The notes below the pieces were generated by a model. The model worked only from the letters and a program-made list of their open reading frames with translations, was not told where the DNA came from and did not search any database. From an uncultured Gammaproteobacteria bacterium (GTDB lineage: Bacteria; Patescibacteriota; Microgenomatia; Daviesbacterales; UBA10151), in assembly GCA_964504985.1 (NCBI GenBank), contig CAZDFU010000001.1, forward strand, positions 21,752 to 85,751: a stretch of DNA of 64,000 nt, written 5' to 3'. Below, piece after piece: positions 9,517 to 19,312 of the stretch; positions within the stretch are counted from its first letter, which is position 1, and each line of letters opens with the position of its first letter. The position numbers and the translations under genes are program-made.

Positions 9517-9564
9517 AAACTAGAACTTAAGTTTGTCATATATTTTATGATAAAATACAAAGTT

Positions 9565-10128
9565 ATGGCATTAAATGTTAATGAACTTAGAAATGGGACT
9601 TTTTTCAAGGAAGGAAAAGAAATTTTCTTAGTTGTAACTTATGAGCATGTTAAAACCGGCAGGGGTTCAGGTAATATTAAACTTAAAGTAAGAAACCTAA
9701 GATCAGGGGCTGTGGTGGAAAAATCTTTTATAACTGGTGCAAGAGTTGATGAGGCAAATGTTGAAAAGAAAAAAGCTCAATTTTTATACAGAGATGGAGA
9801 TAGTTTTAACTTCATGGATCCCGCTTCCTTTGAACAATTTTTAATTTCCTCTTCAGTTATTGGTGAGCAGGCAAAATATTTAAAAGAAGGCCTGGAAGTA
9901 CTTTTAATAGTTTCAGAAAATGAGGCATTGGGTTTAGAATTACCTTTAAGTTTAGTTTACGCAATCTCTGAAACTGGGCCAGGAGAAAAAGGGAACACTG
10001 TTTCTAATGTTTTCAAAGAAGCTATATTAGATAATGGATTGGTTGTTAAAGTCCCTATGTTTATGAGGGTTGGAGAAAAAGTAAAAGTTGATACAAAAAC
10101 CGGACAGTATGTGGAAAGGGTAAAATAG
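9565..10128 (+). CDS. efp: elongation factor P
   Basis: MALNVNELRNGTFFKEGKEIFLVVTYEHVKTGRGSGNIKLKVRNLRSG, classic EF-P N-terminal KOW-like domain. Confidence 0.85.
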   Translation: MALNVNELRNGTFFKEGKEIFLVVTYEHVKTGRGSGNIKLKVRNLRSGAVVEKSFITGARVDEANVEKKKAQFLYRDGDSFNFMDPASFEQFLISSSVIGEQAKYLKEGLEVLLIVSENEALGLELPLSLVYAISETGPGEKGNTVSNVFKEAILDNGLVVKVPMFMRVGEKVKVDTKTGQYVERVK

Positions 10129-10166
10129 TATAGTGTATTATGTATAGAGTATAAAGAAATGCCCCT

Positions 10167-10180
10167 CTATACACTATACT
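10167..10180 (+). promoter_or_regulatory. CTATACACTATACT motif (candidate -10 region / leaderless start) upstream of galU
   Basis: Identical 14-mer also at 23375-23388, 8 nt before the yebC ATG; a second TATACT lies 6 nt before the galU ATG; no SD sequence. Confidence 0.35.
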
Positions 10181-10200
10181 CAATACTTTATACTTAAACT

Positions 10201-11094
10201 ATGGCTAAAAAGATAACCAAGGCTTTAATACCTGCTGCTGGTTTTGGGACAAGATTTTTACCTCAGACCAAGGCCATGCCTAAAGAGATGCTTCCTATAG
10301 TTGATAAGCCTGTTATCCAATATGTGGTGGAAGAAGTTGTGGCCTCAGGGGTTAATAATGTAATCATAGTAACAGGTGCTACCAAAAGAGCAATTGAAGA
10401 TCATTTTGACAGTCCTTCTGAAGGTTTGATCCAAAACCTAAAAAATGGTAATAAGAGTGAGCTGCTGGAACAAATAGAACATATTTCCAACATGGCAAAT
10501 TTTATCTATGTCAGACAAAAAGGCCTTTATGGAAATGGTACTCCTGTATTGGCAGGGGAATCAGTAATAGAGGACGAACCTTTTGCAGTGCTTTGGGGAG
10601 ATGAATTTATTGCTGCAAACCCTCCCAGATTAAAACAGATGATTGAGGTTCATGAGAAATATGGGGGTATGGTTATTTCTGGCGTAAAAATTGAAAAGAA
10701 AGAAGATTTAAAAAGGTATGGAATAGCAGATTTAGAATTGGTGGAGGGGAATGTTTTTAAGATAAAAAAGATTGTGGAAAAACCAGACCCGGAGGCTGCC
10801 CCCTCAAACATAGCTACTCATGGGGCATATATCCTGCCTCCTGAAATTTTTGGAGCTTTAAAAAGTCTAAATCCAGGTCAGGGTGGGGAGATATGGTTAG
10901 TTGATGCTATAAATAAACTGAAAGATGAGGGGGTTCCTTTATACGCTGTAGTAGTAAAAAATGGTAAATATTATGATACTGGTAATAAATTAGAATATAT
11001 GAAAACAGTGGCGGAGTTGGCAATTGATCATCCGGAAGTAGGAAAAGAATTTAAAAAACATCTGCAAACCTTAGTGGAGAGTTCTAAGAACTAA
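10201..11094 (+). CDS. galU: UTP--glucose-1-phosphate uridylyltransferase
   Basis: KALIPAAGFGTRFLPQTKAMPKEMLPIVDKPVIQYVVEE GalU signature. Confidence 0.85.
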   Translation: MAKKITKALIPAAGFGTRFLPQTKAMPKEMLPIVDKPVIQYVVEEVVASGVNNVIIVTGATKRAIEDHFDSPSEGLIQNLKNGNKSELLEQIEHISNMANFIYVRQKGLYGNGTPVLAGESVIEDEPFAVLWGDEFIAANPPRLKQMIEVHEKYGGMVISGVKIEKKEDLKRYGIADLELVEGNVFKIKKIVEKPDPEAAPSNIATHGAYILPPEIFGALKSLNPGQGGEIWLVDAINKLKDEGVPLYAVVVKNGKYYDTGNKLEYMKTVAELAIDHPEVGKEFKKHLQTLVESSKN

Positions 11095-11514
11095 TACTAT
11101 CCCCCCAACTGTGACTGCTTGGGTTAAAATCCCCCAAGGGAGTTTAACATTAGATTGTATTTTATGCTGCCATTTGTAAGCTGTGGAAAAAGGAGGGAAG
11201 TTCCAGCTAAATAGCAAGTAGGGCATCATCAAAATATCCCACATTTCAGAGAATAAAATACAAGTTAGTAAATAAATTGGGTTAGTGAGGTTGCCAAATA
11301 TCAAAAAGGCTAAGGCTATTCCTAGGATTAAATCAAAAACAGATTCTAAAAATAAAGTGAACTTATTTTTTTTCCTCCAACCCAGACCTAAGTCCCAGTG
11401 AGGGATCATATCTAAAATAGGGTGGGAAAGGGAAGCAAGGGGTAAGGCTATAGCAGGGTTGGGGACATATGCTGCGATTGCCCCTCCAACTAATGCATGC
11501 GCGGTTGCTGTCAT
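11071..11514 (-). CDS. integral membrane protein (possibly membrane-bound metal-dependent hydrolase-like)
   Basis: Hydrophobic, 4 TM helices, with H...D..PH.D-like residues near the N-terminus. Confidence 0.35.
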   Translation of the reverse strand: MTATAHALVGGAIAAYVPNPAIALPLASLSHPILDMIPHWDLGLGWRKKNKFTLFLESVFDLILGIALAFLIFGNLTNPIYLLTCILFSEMWDILMMPYLLFSWNFPPFSTAYKWQHKIQSNVKLPWGILTQAVTVGGIVLVLRTLH

Positions 11515-11687
11515 ATTTTCGTTCTATCAGTGTATCACGTTTTGTCAATGAATTCGACTTCCCGCTCATCATTGATCCTGAGCGTAAGCCGAAGGATCAA
11601 TTTGATTCAAATGCATCTTCGTGGTACTCTTCTCTTGCAGTTTGTGGTTAGTAGTTATTTGTGTGAGTATATGAACTCCTAGCTCCT

Positions 11688-11723
11688 AACTCTGAACTCT
11701 GAACTAATAACTAATAACTAATT
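11688..11723. repeat. AACTCTGAACTAATAACTAATAACTAATT repeat element, copy a
   Basis: Tandem CTGAACT and TAATAAC sub-repeats immediately 5' of the lgt ATG; 28-nt identity to copy c. Confidence 0.6.
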
Positions 11724-12638
11724 ATGTTTCCTGTGCTATTTTCAATAAATAAGATATCTGTTTCCTCCTTTGGAGTATTTTTAGCCCTGGGGCTTATTTT
11801 TGGACTTTTTTTAATTTGGCGCTTAAGCAGGGCCTGGGAGTTGGACGAAGAGAAGATTTTAGATTTAACACTGATTGCTTTCCTGGGAGGATTATTAGGC
11901 TCAAGGATTTACTTTGTGATAGAAAAATTGCAATATTTTATTCAAAATCCACAATATATTTTGCTTTTTAACCAAACCCCAGGATTTTCATTTTGGGGGG
12001 CTTTTATAGGCGGTTGGTTAACGCTTTACTATTTTGCCAGGAAGAAAAAGATAGATTTTTGGCAGGCAGGGGATATTGCAGTGGTAGGGCTTTTAGGAGG
12101 CTTAATTTTTTCCTCCTTAGGCTGTTTTTTAGGAGGTTGTAATATAGGCATACAAAGCAACTGGTTTTTTGCAACCTCTGTGGCAGGCAGTTTGGGAAAA
12201 AGATTCCCCGTTCAAGCGCTGGAAGCTGTCTTGTTTTTTCTAGCGTTTTTAAACCTTTGGGGTAAAAGCACCCGCTTTCATCACCGGGGCAAAATATTAA
12301 GTTTAGGCTTAATTTATATTGGAATAATTAAACTCCTGACTGAACCGTTTAGAGCATCCTATGATGAAGATCTATTTTTATCATTTATCCTGATAATTTT
12401 AGGGATAAATATTTTATATAGGGTAACAAACAGAAAGTTAACAAATGATTTAAGGGAATTTTTTATTTTTGTGCGTAAATTATTTACTGACTCCTTGACC
12501 AGGAAGCAGACTTTAGCTAAACTTAGGAAAAGTTGGTATAATCGCAGAACGTCAATTTCCTGGAATGTGCGGAGTTTAAAGAAAAAATTAGGGAGGATAA
12601 ATGTTGGAATTTCCTACAAAAACAATAAATTACATTAA
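11724..12638 (+). CDS. lgt: prolipoprotein diacylglyceryl transferase
   Basis: Multi-TM protein with Lgt-like N-terminus (FGVFLALGLIFGLFLIWRL...GGLLGSRIYFVIE) and conserved YF/GxRxG-type segments; unusual Lys/Arg-rich C-terminal tail. Confidence 0.6.
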   Translation: MFPVLFSINKISVSSFGVFLALGLIFGLFLIWRLSRAWELDEEKILDLTLIAFLGGLLGSRIYFVIEKLQYFIQNPQYILLFNQTPGFSFWGAFIGGWLTLYYFARKKKIDFWQAGDIAVVGLLGGLIFSSLGCFLGGCNIGIQSNWFFATSVAGSLGKRFPVQALEAVLFFLAFLNLWGKSTRFHHRGKILSLGLIYIGIIKLLTEPFRASYDEDLFLSFILIILGINILYRVTNRKLTNDLREFFIFVRKLFTDSLTRKQTLAKLRKSWYNRRTSISWNVRSLKKKLGRINVGISYKNNKLH

Positions 12639-12960
12639 GAAATTATTGCTTAACCAGCAAAAAGTGGTTGAGAAAAACCTGAAAGGGGTTGAGGAAGATG
12701 ATCCTGCAAAAAGTGATGGTCTGGCTGAAAGCTCAGAACCAGGTACAGACTCATACATTGCAGATACCCATACCAAAGCTATAGTTTTGGAAGCCCAACT
12801 TAAAAGAACCAATAGTTCCATAAAAGAAGCTCTTATGAAAATAAAAAATGGCACTTACGGTAAGTGTGAAAAGTGCGGCCAGGGGATTGAACTGGGAAGG
12901 CTTCTAGCCATGCCAACAGCTTCCCTTTGTTTATCTTGCTCAAATAAAACTACAAAATAA
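12601..12960 (+). CDS. DksA/TraR-family C4 zinc-finger protein
   Basis: C-terminal CEKCGQGIELGRLLAMPTASLCLSC zinc finger characteristic of DksA/TraR; overlaps the lgt 3' end by 38 nt. Confidence 0.6.
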   Translation: MLEFPTKTINYIKKLLLNQQKVVEKNLKGVEEDDPAKSDGLAESSEPGTDSYIADTHTKAIVLEAQLKRTNSSIKEALMKIKNGTYGKCEKCGQGIELGRLLAMPTASLCLSCSNKTTK

Positions 12961-13013
12961 ACCAAAACTGCTATCTTTACAATTATATTTACTTCAAGTT
13001 ATTATGCCAACAT

Positions 13014-14057
13014 ATGGTGACCAAAGCAAAAGAGAGATATAACCCTGATCATGACCTTAGTTTTATACGGAGAACTAATGATACAAGGGGAGGTATAGTC
13101 CTTCCAGCTGATGGTAATCTGGAGGCAGTTTATCCTTGGGGGGCTAATGGAGCGATGGCAGAGGCAGAAAGAAGAAGATTAAGTTTACAGGCAGGAATAA
13201 GTTGGGCTAGAGATTATGAAGAATGGCATGAAGACGTCCTAAAATCTGGGTATGCTCCACACAGAATGGCTTTGGTTGGTGTTTCACCAGGAGCAGAGCA
13301 GCTTCAGTTTGTATTAAGAAAGTATCCGCAAGCTGAAGTTGTAGTTATTGAGGTAGACCCTAAAAAAGTTGAAGGAGCCAAAGCTACAATCAGCCGTACA
13401 AACAGGCAGGCTGCTAAACGAGGCAGGATTTCTTTTGTAATTGCAAATGCTATTGAATATCTTGCGGATCAGCCAAATAAATTTGATTTTGTGGAAGCTG
13501 ACAAGGTGGCAATACATTTACCAAGTCAACCGAGAGGGCAGCTTTATCAAACAGCAGGAACGGCTTTGGAAAGAGGTGGTGTATTTCATCTGAGTGATGT
13601 GCTTGCTAAAACTTGGAGCGTCCGTGCTGCACCTGGATCTGAAAAAAATCCACCCACTACGGCAGCAATAGAAGTTTTAACGGAAAAACTTATGCCGGCT
13701 ATTCTGCATGCTTCTTGGACAAACCGGGGAGCACGGTTATGGGATAATGCAGAAGATATGGCTTCAGAAGTATTATCTTTTGTCCCCAGTCTATGGCGGG
13801 GAAGGCTTAGGATATGTAAGGCGCCATTTACCGGAGTAGATGATCCGGAAGGGATGATTTCTAACTTAATTGCTATTTCACCTAGTCTAGGTATTGAAGC
13901 AAAGAGAAGACAGCAGCCTGATAATGAGGAATTGGCAAAGATTGCAGATATAATGTGGAGTGTATCAAGGCAGTTTTTTGAGGCAGCTCATACGCCAGGC
14001 GTACTGATTGGTTTACCAGACTATACCCATATAAATTTTGTAAAACTTGCTGCTTAA
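13014..14057 (+). CDS. hypothetical protein with class I methyltransferase-like Rossmann segment; atypical (higher) GC
   Basis: LVGVSPGAEQLQFV...VVVIEVDPKKV...FDFVEAD resembles MTase motifs I and post-I; by eye its GC is about 10 points above neighbouring genes. Confidence 0.4.
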   Translation: MVTKAKERYNPDHDLSFIRRTNDTRGGIVLPADGNLEAVYPWGANGAMAEAERRRLSLQAGISWARDYEEWHEDVLKSGYAPHRMALVGVSPGAEQLQFVLRKYPQAEVVVIEVDPKKVEGAKATISRTNRQAAKRGRISFVIANAIEYLADQPNKFDFVEADKVAIHLPSQPRGQLYQTAGTALERGGVFHLSDVLAKTWSVRAAPGSEKNPPTTAAIEVLTEKLMPAILHASWTNRGARLWDNAEDMASEVLSFVPSLWRGRLRICKAPFTGVDDPEGMISNLIAISPSLGIEAKRRQQPDNEELAKIADIMWSVSRQFFEAAHTPGVLIGLPDYTHINFVKLAA

Positions 14058-14123
14058 CTTGTAATGTTTTTGAATCCTTTTCCTCTTTGACAAAGTTTGG
14101 ATTTCTTGTAATTATGAAGTTAG

Positions 14124-16361
14124 ATGATAAACATCATATCTAACTCTTTGATTATTTTTAGTGCACTTGCTAATTTTTTAATTGGATTGGTAGTTTTAAA
14201 TAATAATATTAAGGGTAAGGTAAACATAGCCTTTTCTGTAATTTGTTTTATGCTTTCAATCTGGGGGATCTTTTTATTCCTTTACGGAGTTCCATTTTTT
14301 TTAAGTTCTTTTTTTTGGATTAAAGCTGCTTATGCCTTAGTTACTATTCAAATATCTTTTATATTAGGTTTTTCATTCATTTTCCCAAAACCAATATTTA
14401 AGAATTGGCGTTTGCCAGCTATTCTTTTTAGTTTATTTTTTATAGGAATATCTTACTGGTGGCTTTTTTTTACCAATGATTGGATAATAAATGTAACTTT
14501 AGATCCCCAGAAAGGACTCCACGTAGCTTTAGGAGACATTTATAAGGTTTGGTCAGTTTTAGTTTGGATAGCTTTTGGGTGGGCCCTTTTTAATTTCATT
14601 AGAAACAGCAAGAAGTGTGCTTTAAGGGAGAGGATTCAACTACAATATCTTTTTTTTGGATTTGGATTGTGGGGGGTATTTGTTAGTATTCCTGATATAA
14701 TCTTACCAATATTTTTTGCAGAGACACGTTTTTTTCCTCTAAGTGTTGTTACCAGTTTGTTTTTCTCAATAGCTGTTTCATATGCCATTATTAAGCATCA
14801 TTTTATGGATATACGTATGGTTGTGGCTAGAACAGTTGCCTATACGTTATTGTTAGCTATAATAGGTATTTTTTATGTAGTATCTTTTTACTCTCTTAGT
14901 TATTTATTTTTAGGTACTGTAAGCTCAGGCACTCAGGTAATATTGAATGTTGGACTTGCGCTAGTAGTTGCTTTTACTTTTGATAGATTAAAGGTCTTTT
15001 TAGAAAAACTTACTGATAAAATTTTCTATCAGGGGCATTATGACACTCAATCTTTGCTTTCATCTGTAAGTACTATTTTAAGTACGAATATTGATTTAAC
15101 TTCTTTAGTTAATCAAATTCTTGGCCTTTTAATTAAGCAAATAAAGGTTAGTAAAGGAGCTTTAGTATTACCTTCAGATTCATCAATATATGAAACAATT
15201 TCAGTTGGATTTGATGGAAATTTAAACTTAACTTATCAACATATTTCTCCTTTTTTATCTCAAGGAGAAACAATAGTTTTTGATGAATTAGAAGAAGGGG
15301 ATATTAAACAATTAATGCGTTTGTTAAATGCATCTATAGTTAGATTACTCAAAATAGAAAATAAAGTAATTGGACTTTTGATTTTAGGGGAAAAATCATC
15401 AGGAGATGTTTATTCCCAACAAGATTTAAAAATACTAAATATTATTTCACCTGAGATGGCGGTGGCTGTACAAAACTCTTTATCTTATGAAAAGATTAAA
15501 AAGTTTAATGAGGTTTTATCTGAGGAAGTTAAAAATGCCACTTTAGATTTACAAAGGGCAAATGAAAGATTAAAAAATCTGGATAGATTAAAAGATGATT
15601 TTGTATCCATTGCTTCACATGAATTAAGGACTCCAATGACAGCCATCCGCTCCTATGCCTGGATGGCTTTGAACCGCTCAGATGTAAAATTATCTGAAAA
15701 ACTTCAGAAATATTTAGTAAGAGTACTGATTTCTGCAGAAAGGTTAATTAATTTAGTTAATGACCTTCTTAATATCTCCAGAATTGAGGCAGGAAGAATA
15801 GAAATAAGTCCTGAGCCAGTTGATCTTATATCACTTTGTAAAGATATTACTGATGAAGTTTATTTCTCAAAATCAACTGAAAAAGACATTAAGTTTGAAT
15901 TATCTGATAAGTATCCTGTTCCCAGGGCTTTTGCTGACCCAGAAAAATTAAGACAGGTTCTTTTAAACCTGGTAGGAAATTCTTTAAAATTTACACCAAA
16001 TGGCGGGAAAATTGGCTTTAGATTTTTTAGTGACGGTAAAACAGTGGAGATTTCGGTTTCAGATACAGGGGTAGGGATATCCAAAGAAGATATGAGCAAA
16101 TTATTCCAAAAATTCTCCAGGTTAGATAGTTCATATACAGCAGCAGCTACTTCTGGAGGAACAGGCTTAGGTTTATTTATCTCCAAAAGTTTGGTAAATC
16201 TTATGCATGGAAAAATTTGGGCAACCTCTGAAGGCTTGGGAAAAGGAGCTGCCTTTACTATTTCTTTGCCAGTTGCTACACAAGAAGTATTGCAGAATGC
16301 AGATGAATTTAAAATAAAATCCCAGGGAGAAGCTAAGGGGTTGGAACCTGTTGCAATTTAG
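14124..16361 (+). CDS. sensor histidine kinase (multi-TM N-terminus, GAF-like domain, HisKA, HATPase_c)
   Basis: About 7 N-terminal TM helices, H-box SHELRTPMTAI, N/G-boxes LNLVGNSLKF...DTGVGI...GTGLGL. Confidence 0.8.
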   Translation: MINIISNSLIIFSALANFLIGLVVLNNNIKGKVNIAFSVICFMLSIWGIFLFLYGVPFFLSSFFWIKAAYALVTIQISFILGFSFIFPKPIFKNWRLPAILFSLFFIGISYWWLFFTNDWIINVTLDPQKGLHVALGDIYKVWSVLVWIAFGWALFNFIRNSKKCALRERIQLQYLFFGFGLWGVFVSIPDIILPIFFAETRFFPLSVVTSLFFSIAVSYAIIKHHFMDIRMVVARTVAYTLLLAIIGIFYVVSFYSLSYLFLGTVSSGTQVILNVGLALVVAFTFDRLKVFLEKLTDKIFYQGHYDTQSLLSSVSTILSTNIDLTSLVNQILGLLIKQIKVSKGALVLPSDSSIYETISVGFDGNLNLTYQHISPFLSQGETIVFDELEEGDIKQLMRLLNASIVRLLKIENKVIGLLILGEKSSGDVYSQQDLKILNIISPEMAVAVQNSLSYEKIKKFNEVLSEEVKNATLDLQRANERLKNLDRLKDDFVSIASHELRTPMTAIRSYAWMALNRSDVKLSEKLQKYLVRVLISAERLINLVNDLLNISRIEAGRIEISPEPVDLISLCKDITDEVYFSKSTEKDIKFELSDKYPVPRAFADPEKLRQVLLNLVGNSLKFTPNGGKIGFRFFSDGKTVEISVSDTGVGISKEDMSKLFQKFSRLDSSYTAAATSGGTGLGLFISKSLVNLMHGKIWATSEGLGKGAAFTISLPVATQEVLQNADEFKIKSQGEAKGLEPVAI

Positions 16362-16401
16362 GACTCTTGACTCTGAAGCCTTATCACTATAAGGTAATCA
16401 T

Positions 16402-16791
16402 ATGGACAACCAAAGCAAAAAAATACTTGTTGTTGAGGATGATCAATTTTTAAGGGAGTTTTATCAGGAACTTTTGGAAGGGGAAGGATATACGGTGGAT
16501 ACTGCAATGGATGGAGAAACGGCAGCCAATAAAATTAACCAGGGGGGTTATAATCTGGTTCTTTTGGATATTATGCTGCCCAAAAAAGACGGAACCCAAA
16601 TTTTAAGGGAAACAACGATGCGTCCCCCGAAAAATGCCAACGGCCCCATAGTTTGTTTGACTAATTTAGGCCAGGATTCAGTAATAAAAGAGTGTTTTGA
16701 ACTGGGAGCTGCAGGATATTTAATTAAATCAGCCTTGAACCCTGACCAGGTTTTAACAGAAATAAAAAGCTATTTAACAAAATCCTCATAA
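16402..16791 (+). CDS. single-domain response regulator (CheY-like receiver)
   Basis: KILVVEDDQFLRE...LVLLDIMLPKKDG receiver motifs; no output domain. Confidence 0.8.
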   Translation: MDNQSKKILVVEDDQFLREFYQELLEGEGYTVDTAMDGETAANKINQGGYNLVLLDIMLPKKDGTQILRETTMRPPKNANGPIVCLTNLGQDSVIKECFELGAAGYLIKSALNPDQVLTEIKSYLTKSS

Positions 16792-17589
16792 ATGGCTGAT
16801 ATTAAGGTAATCTACCAGGATCAGGATTTATTAGTGGTGGATAAGCCTGCAGGTTTGGTGGTTGACGCCTCTGAAACACAAAAAGATCATGTTTTAGCAG
16901 ATATCCTGCAAAAGGAGTTTAAAATAACTCTTGAAAGAGGGGGGATAGTCCACAGACTGGATAAAGATACATCTGGTGTTTTGCTGGTTGCTAAAAACCA
17001 GCAAGCCCTGGAGCATTTGCAGGCTCAATTTAAAGAAAGAAAAACAAAGAAAGAATATTTGGCTTTGGTTCATGGGTTGGTGGAAAAGGGTGGAGTAATA
17101 GATGCTGCAATTTTAAGAAATCCTGAGAATAGAGAAAAATTCATAGCTATTTCCGATCAATCCACCTCGAAGGTGAGCTTTGGCTCCTTCGAGGTGTCTT
17201 CTGCCAGGGAAGCTGTGACAGAATATGAGCCAATAAAGTCATTAGTTATGGGTCCAGAGTTCATAGAAAAGATCTTTGAGGGTTTTAACAAGATTCAGTT
17301 ACGCAAACTACGAACTATGAACTACCAACTCTACACTCTTTTGGCCGTAAGGCCAAAAACTGGACGGACGCATCAAATTAGGGTACATTTAAAACACATA
17401 GGGTATCCTATTGTTTGTGATGAAAAGTATGGAGGCAGGAAAGTGGTAAGGCTGGATAAAAGATGGTGTCCCAGGATGTTTTTGCATGCCAAGAAGATTG
17501 GATTCTATCATCCAAAGTCCGGGGAGTGGATAGAGATGGAAAGCGGGTTGGCAGAAGATTTGAGGGAGGCACTAAGTAAATTAACCTAA
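16792..17589 (+). CDS. RluA-family pseudouridine synthase
   Basis: LLVVDKPAGLVV...HRLDKDTSGVLLVAK catalytic Asp motif; carries an internal hairpin-encoded insert (see findings). Confidence 0.75.
   Translation: MADIKVIYQDQDLLVVDKPAGLVVDASETQKDHVLADILQKEFKITLERGGIVHRLDKDTSGVLLVAKNQQALEHLQAQFKERKTKKEYLALVHGLVEKGGVIDAAILRNPENREKFIAISDQSTSKVSFGSFEVSSAREAVTEYEPIKSLVMGPEFIEKIFEGFNKIQLRKLRTMNYQLYTLLAVRPKTGRTHQIRVHLKHIGYPIVCDEKYGGRKVVRLDKRWCPRMFLHAKKIGFYHPKSGEWIEMESGLAEDLREALSKLT
17162..17196. repeat. TCGA-centred hairpin pair inside the rluA-like CDS
   Basis: CCACCTCGAAGGTG...CTCCTTCGAGGTG: two mutually inverted CACC-TCGAA-GGTG mini-hairpins encoding STSKVSFGSFEV. Confidence 0.6.
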
Positions 17590-17594
17590 TTTAT

Positions 17595-19301
17595 ATGGAT
17601 AATATTTTCATACAACTTGCCATAATTTTGGGTATCTCTTCTTTGCTTGGGTACTTAGTAGTTAAATTTAAGCTGCCCCTTTTAATTGCTTATTTGGTAG
17701 GAGGTTTATTAATTGCTTCAACCTCTGTTTTTGATCCCACAACTTCAGAAGTATTGCATTTTTTACCAGAGATTGGCATTGCTTTTGTATTATTCCTGAT
17801 TGGCATGGAGCTTGATTTAAGGGAGATAAAAAATTTGGGGATCCCGATAATTATAGCAGGATTTTTGCAAATTATTATTACCACGCTTTGTGGTTTTATA
17901 CTGGCTCAGGCCTTTAATTTTGGCATTGCAGAATCAATTTATCTGGGAGTAGGATTATCTTTTTCCTCAACAATTGTGGTAATTAAATTACTTTTGGAGA
18001 AGAAAAACATAACTTCTTTATATGGCAAGCTGTCAATTGGGATACTTCTTTTAGAGGACTTACTGGCAGTTTTAATTTTGCTTGGACTGACAGTTTCTCC
18101 GTCTATGTTTCATCTGGGATTACAACAAACCCTGCCTCTTTTTACCTTTGTTTTAAAAGTTTTCCTGCTTTTTGGAGTGGCTTTAATCTTAAACAGATTC
18201 GCTTTACCAATTATATTCCGCTCAGTTTCTAAATCTTCTGAACTGTTGTTTTTAACAGCCCTGTCATTTTTATTTATTTTTGTTTCTTTTGCCTTGCTTT
18301 TAGGTTTTTCTGTAGTAATTGGGGCATTTTTGGCAGGGGTTGCCCTGGCTTCTTCTCCTTATCATTATCATATCCAGGGCAGGGTTAAACCTTTAAGAGA
18401 CTTTTTTGTGGCTTTGTTTTTTGTTTACCTGGGGACTCAGGCAAACTTTAACGAATTAGGTTCAGTTTATCCTTTGGTAATTATTTTTACCCTCTATGCC
18501 TTAATTGTTAAACCTTTAATTTTCCTTTTGGTTTTGGGAGGGTTTGGTTTTAGAAAGCATACCATGTTTCAAACAGCAGTTAATTTATCTCAAATTTCAG
18601 AATTCTCATTAATAATTTTACTTGTTGGACTGCAGTCTGGTTTGGTTTCATCCCAGGCTTTGACAATAATCACTTTGTCTTTGATAACCTCCATGCTTTT
18701 TTCATCAGTAATGGTTACTCACTCAAATGCTATTTATAAAATTTTAAAACATTTTGTGGCATTTTTTGAAAGAAAAAATATTAAGCATAATTTGGAAATA
18801 GATGATGGCCGTGATTTAAAAAATCATGTGGTGGTTATTGGTGGTCATAGAGTAGGGGGAGAGATAGTTGAGTTTTTAAAAAAAGAGGAAATACCTTTGA
18901 TAGTATTGGATTTTGACCCCAGCCAGGTTGAAAAATTAGTTAAAGAAGGGGTGAAGGTCATTTATGGAGATATATCTGATCCGGAGGTTTTAGAGATGCT
19001 TCAATTGGAATTTTCCAAAATGATCATTTCCACATCTTCTGATGTAGAAGACAATAAGGTGCTTTTGGAAGAGTTAAGGCAAAGGAAGATTGATGCTCCA
19101 GTTGTTGTCAGGGCCTCTACTTTAGAAGATGCTAAGGTTTTATATAAAAAAGGTGCCAGTTATGTGATTATCCCCACGCTTTTGGCAGGTGAATACCTGG
19201 TGGAGAAGTTAAAGAATCATTTAACTGATAAGGAATACTTTGTAAAGAGACCTAAGATTGAGCTTGAGAAACTCCACAGAAAAACTCTGGCCTGGGAATA
19301 A
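17595..19301 (+). CDS. monovalent cation:proton antiporter (CPA2/Kef-type) with C-terminal RCK/TrkA-N domain
   Basis: 12-13 TM helices followed by VVVIGGHRVGGEIVEFL Rossmann-type NAD-binding motif. Confidence 0.75.
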   Translation: MDNIFIQLAIILGISSLLGYLVVKFKLPLLIAYLVGGLLIASTSVFDPTTSEVLHFLPEIGIAFVLFLIGMELDLREIKNLGIPIIIAGFLQIIITTLCGFILAQAFNFGIAESIYLGVGLSFSSTIVVIKLLLEKKNITSLYGKLSIGILLLEDLLAVLILLGLTVSPSMFHLGLQQTLPLFTFVLKVFLLFGVALILNRFALPIIFRSVSKSSELLFLTALSFLFIFVSFALLLGFSVVIGAFLAGVALASSPYHYHIQGRVKPLRDFFVALFFVYLGTQANFNELGSVYPLVIIFTLYALIVKPLIFLLVLGGFGFRKHTMFQTAVNLSQISEFSLIILLVGLQSGLVSSQALTIITLSLITSMLFSSVMVTHSNAIYKILKHFVAFFERKNIKHNLEIDDGRDLKNHVVVIGGHRVGGEIVEFLKKEEIPLIVLDFDPSQVEKLVKEGVKVIYGDISDPEVLEMLQLEFSKMIISTSSDVEDNKVLLEELRQRKIDAPVVVRASTLEDAKVLYKKGASYVIIPTLLAGEYLVEKLKNHLTDKEYFVKRPKIELEKLHRKTLAWE

Positions 19302-19312
19302 TTTTTATCTGA

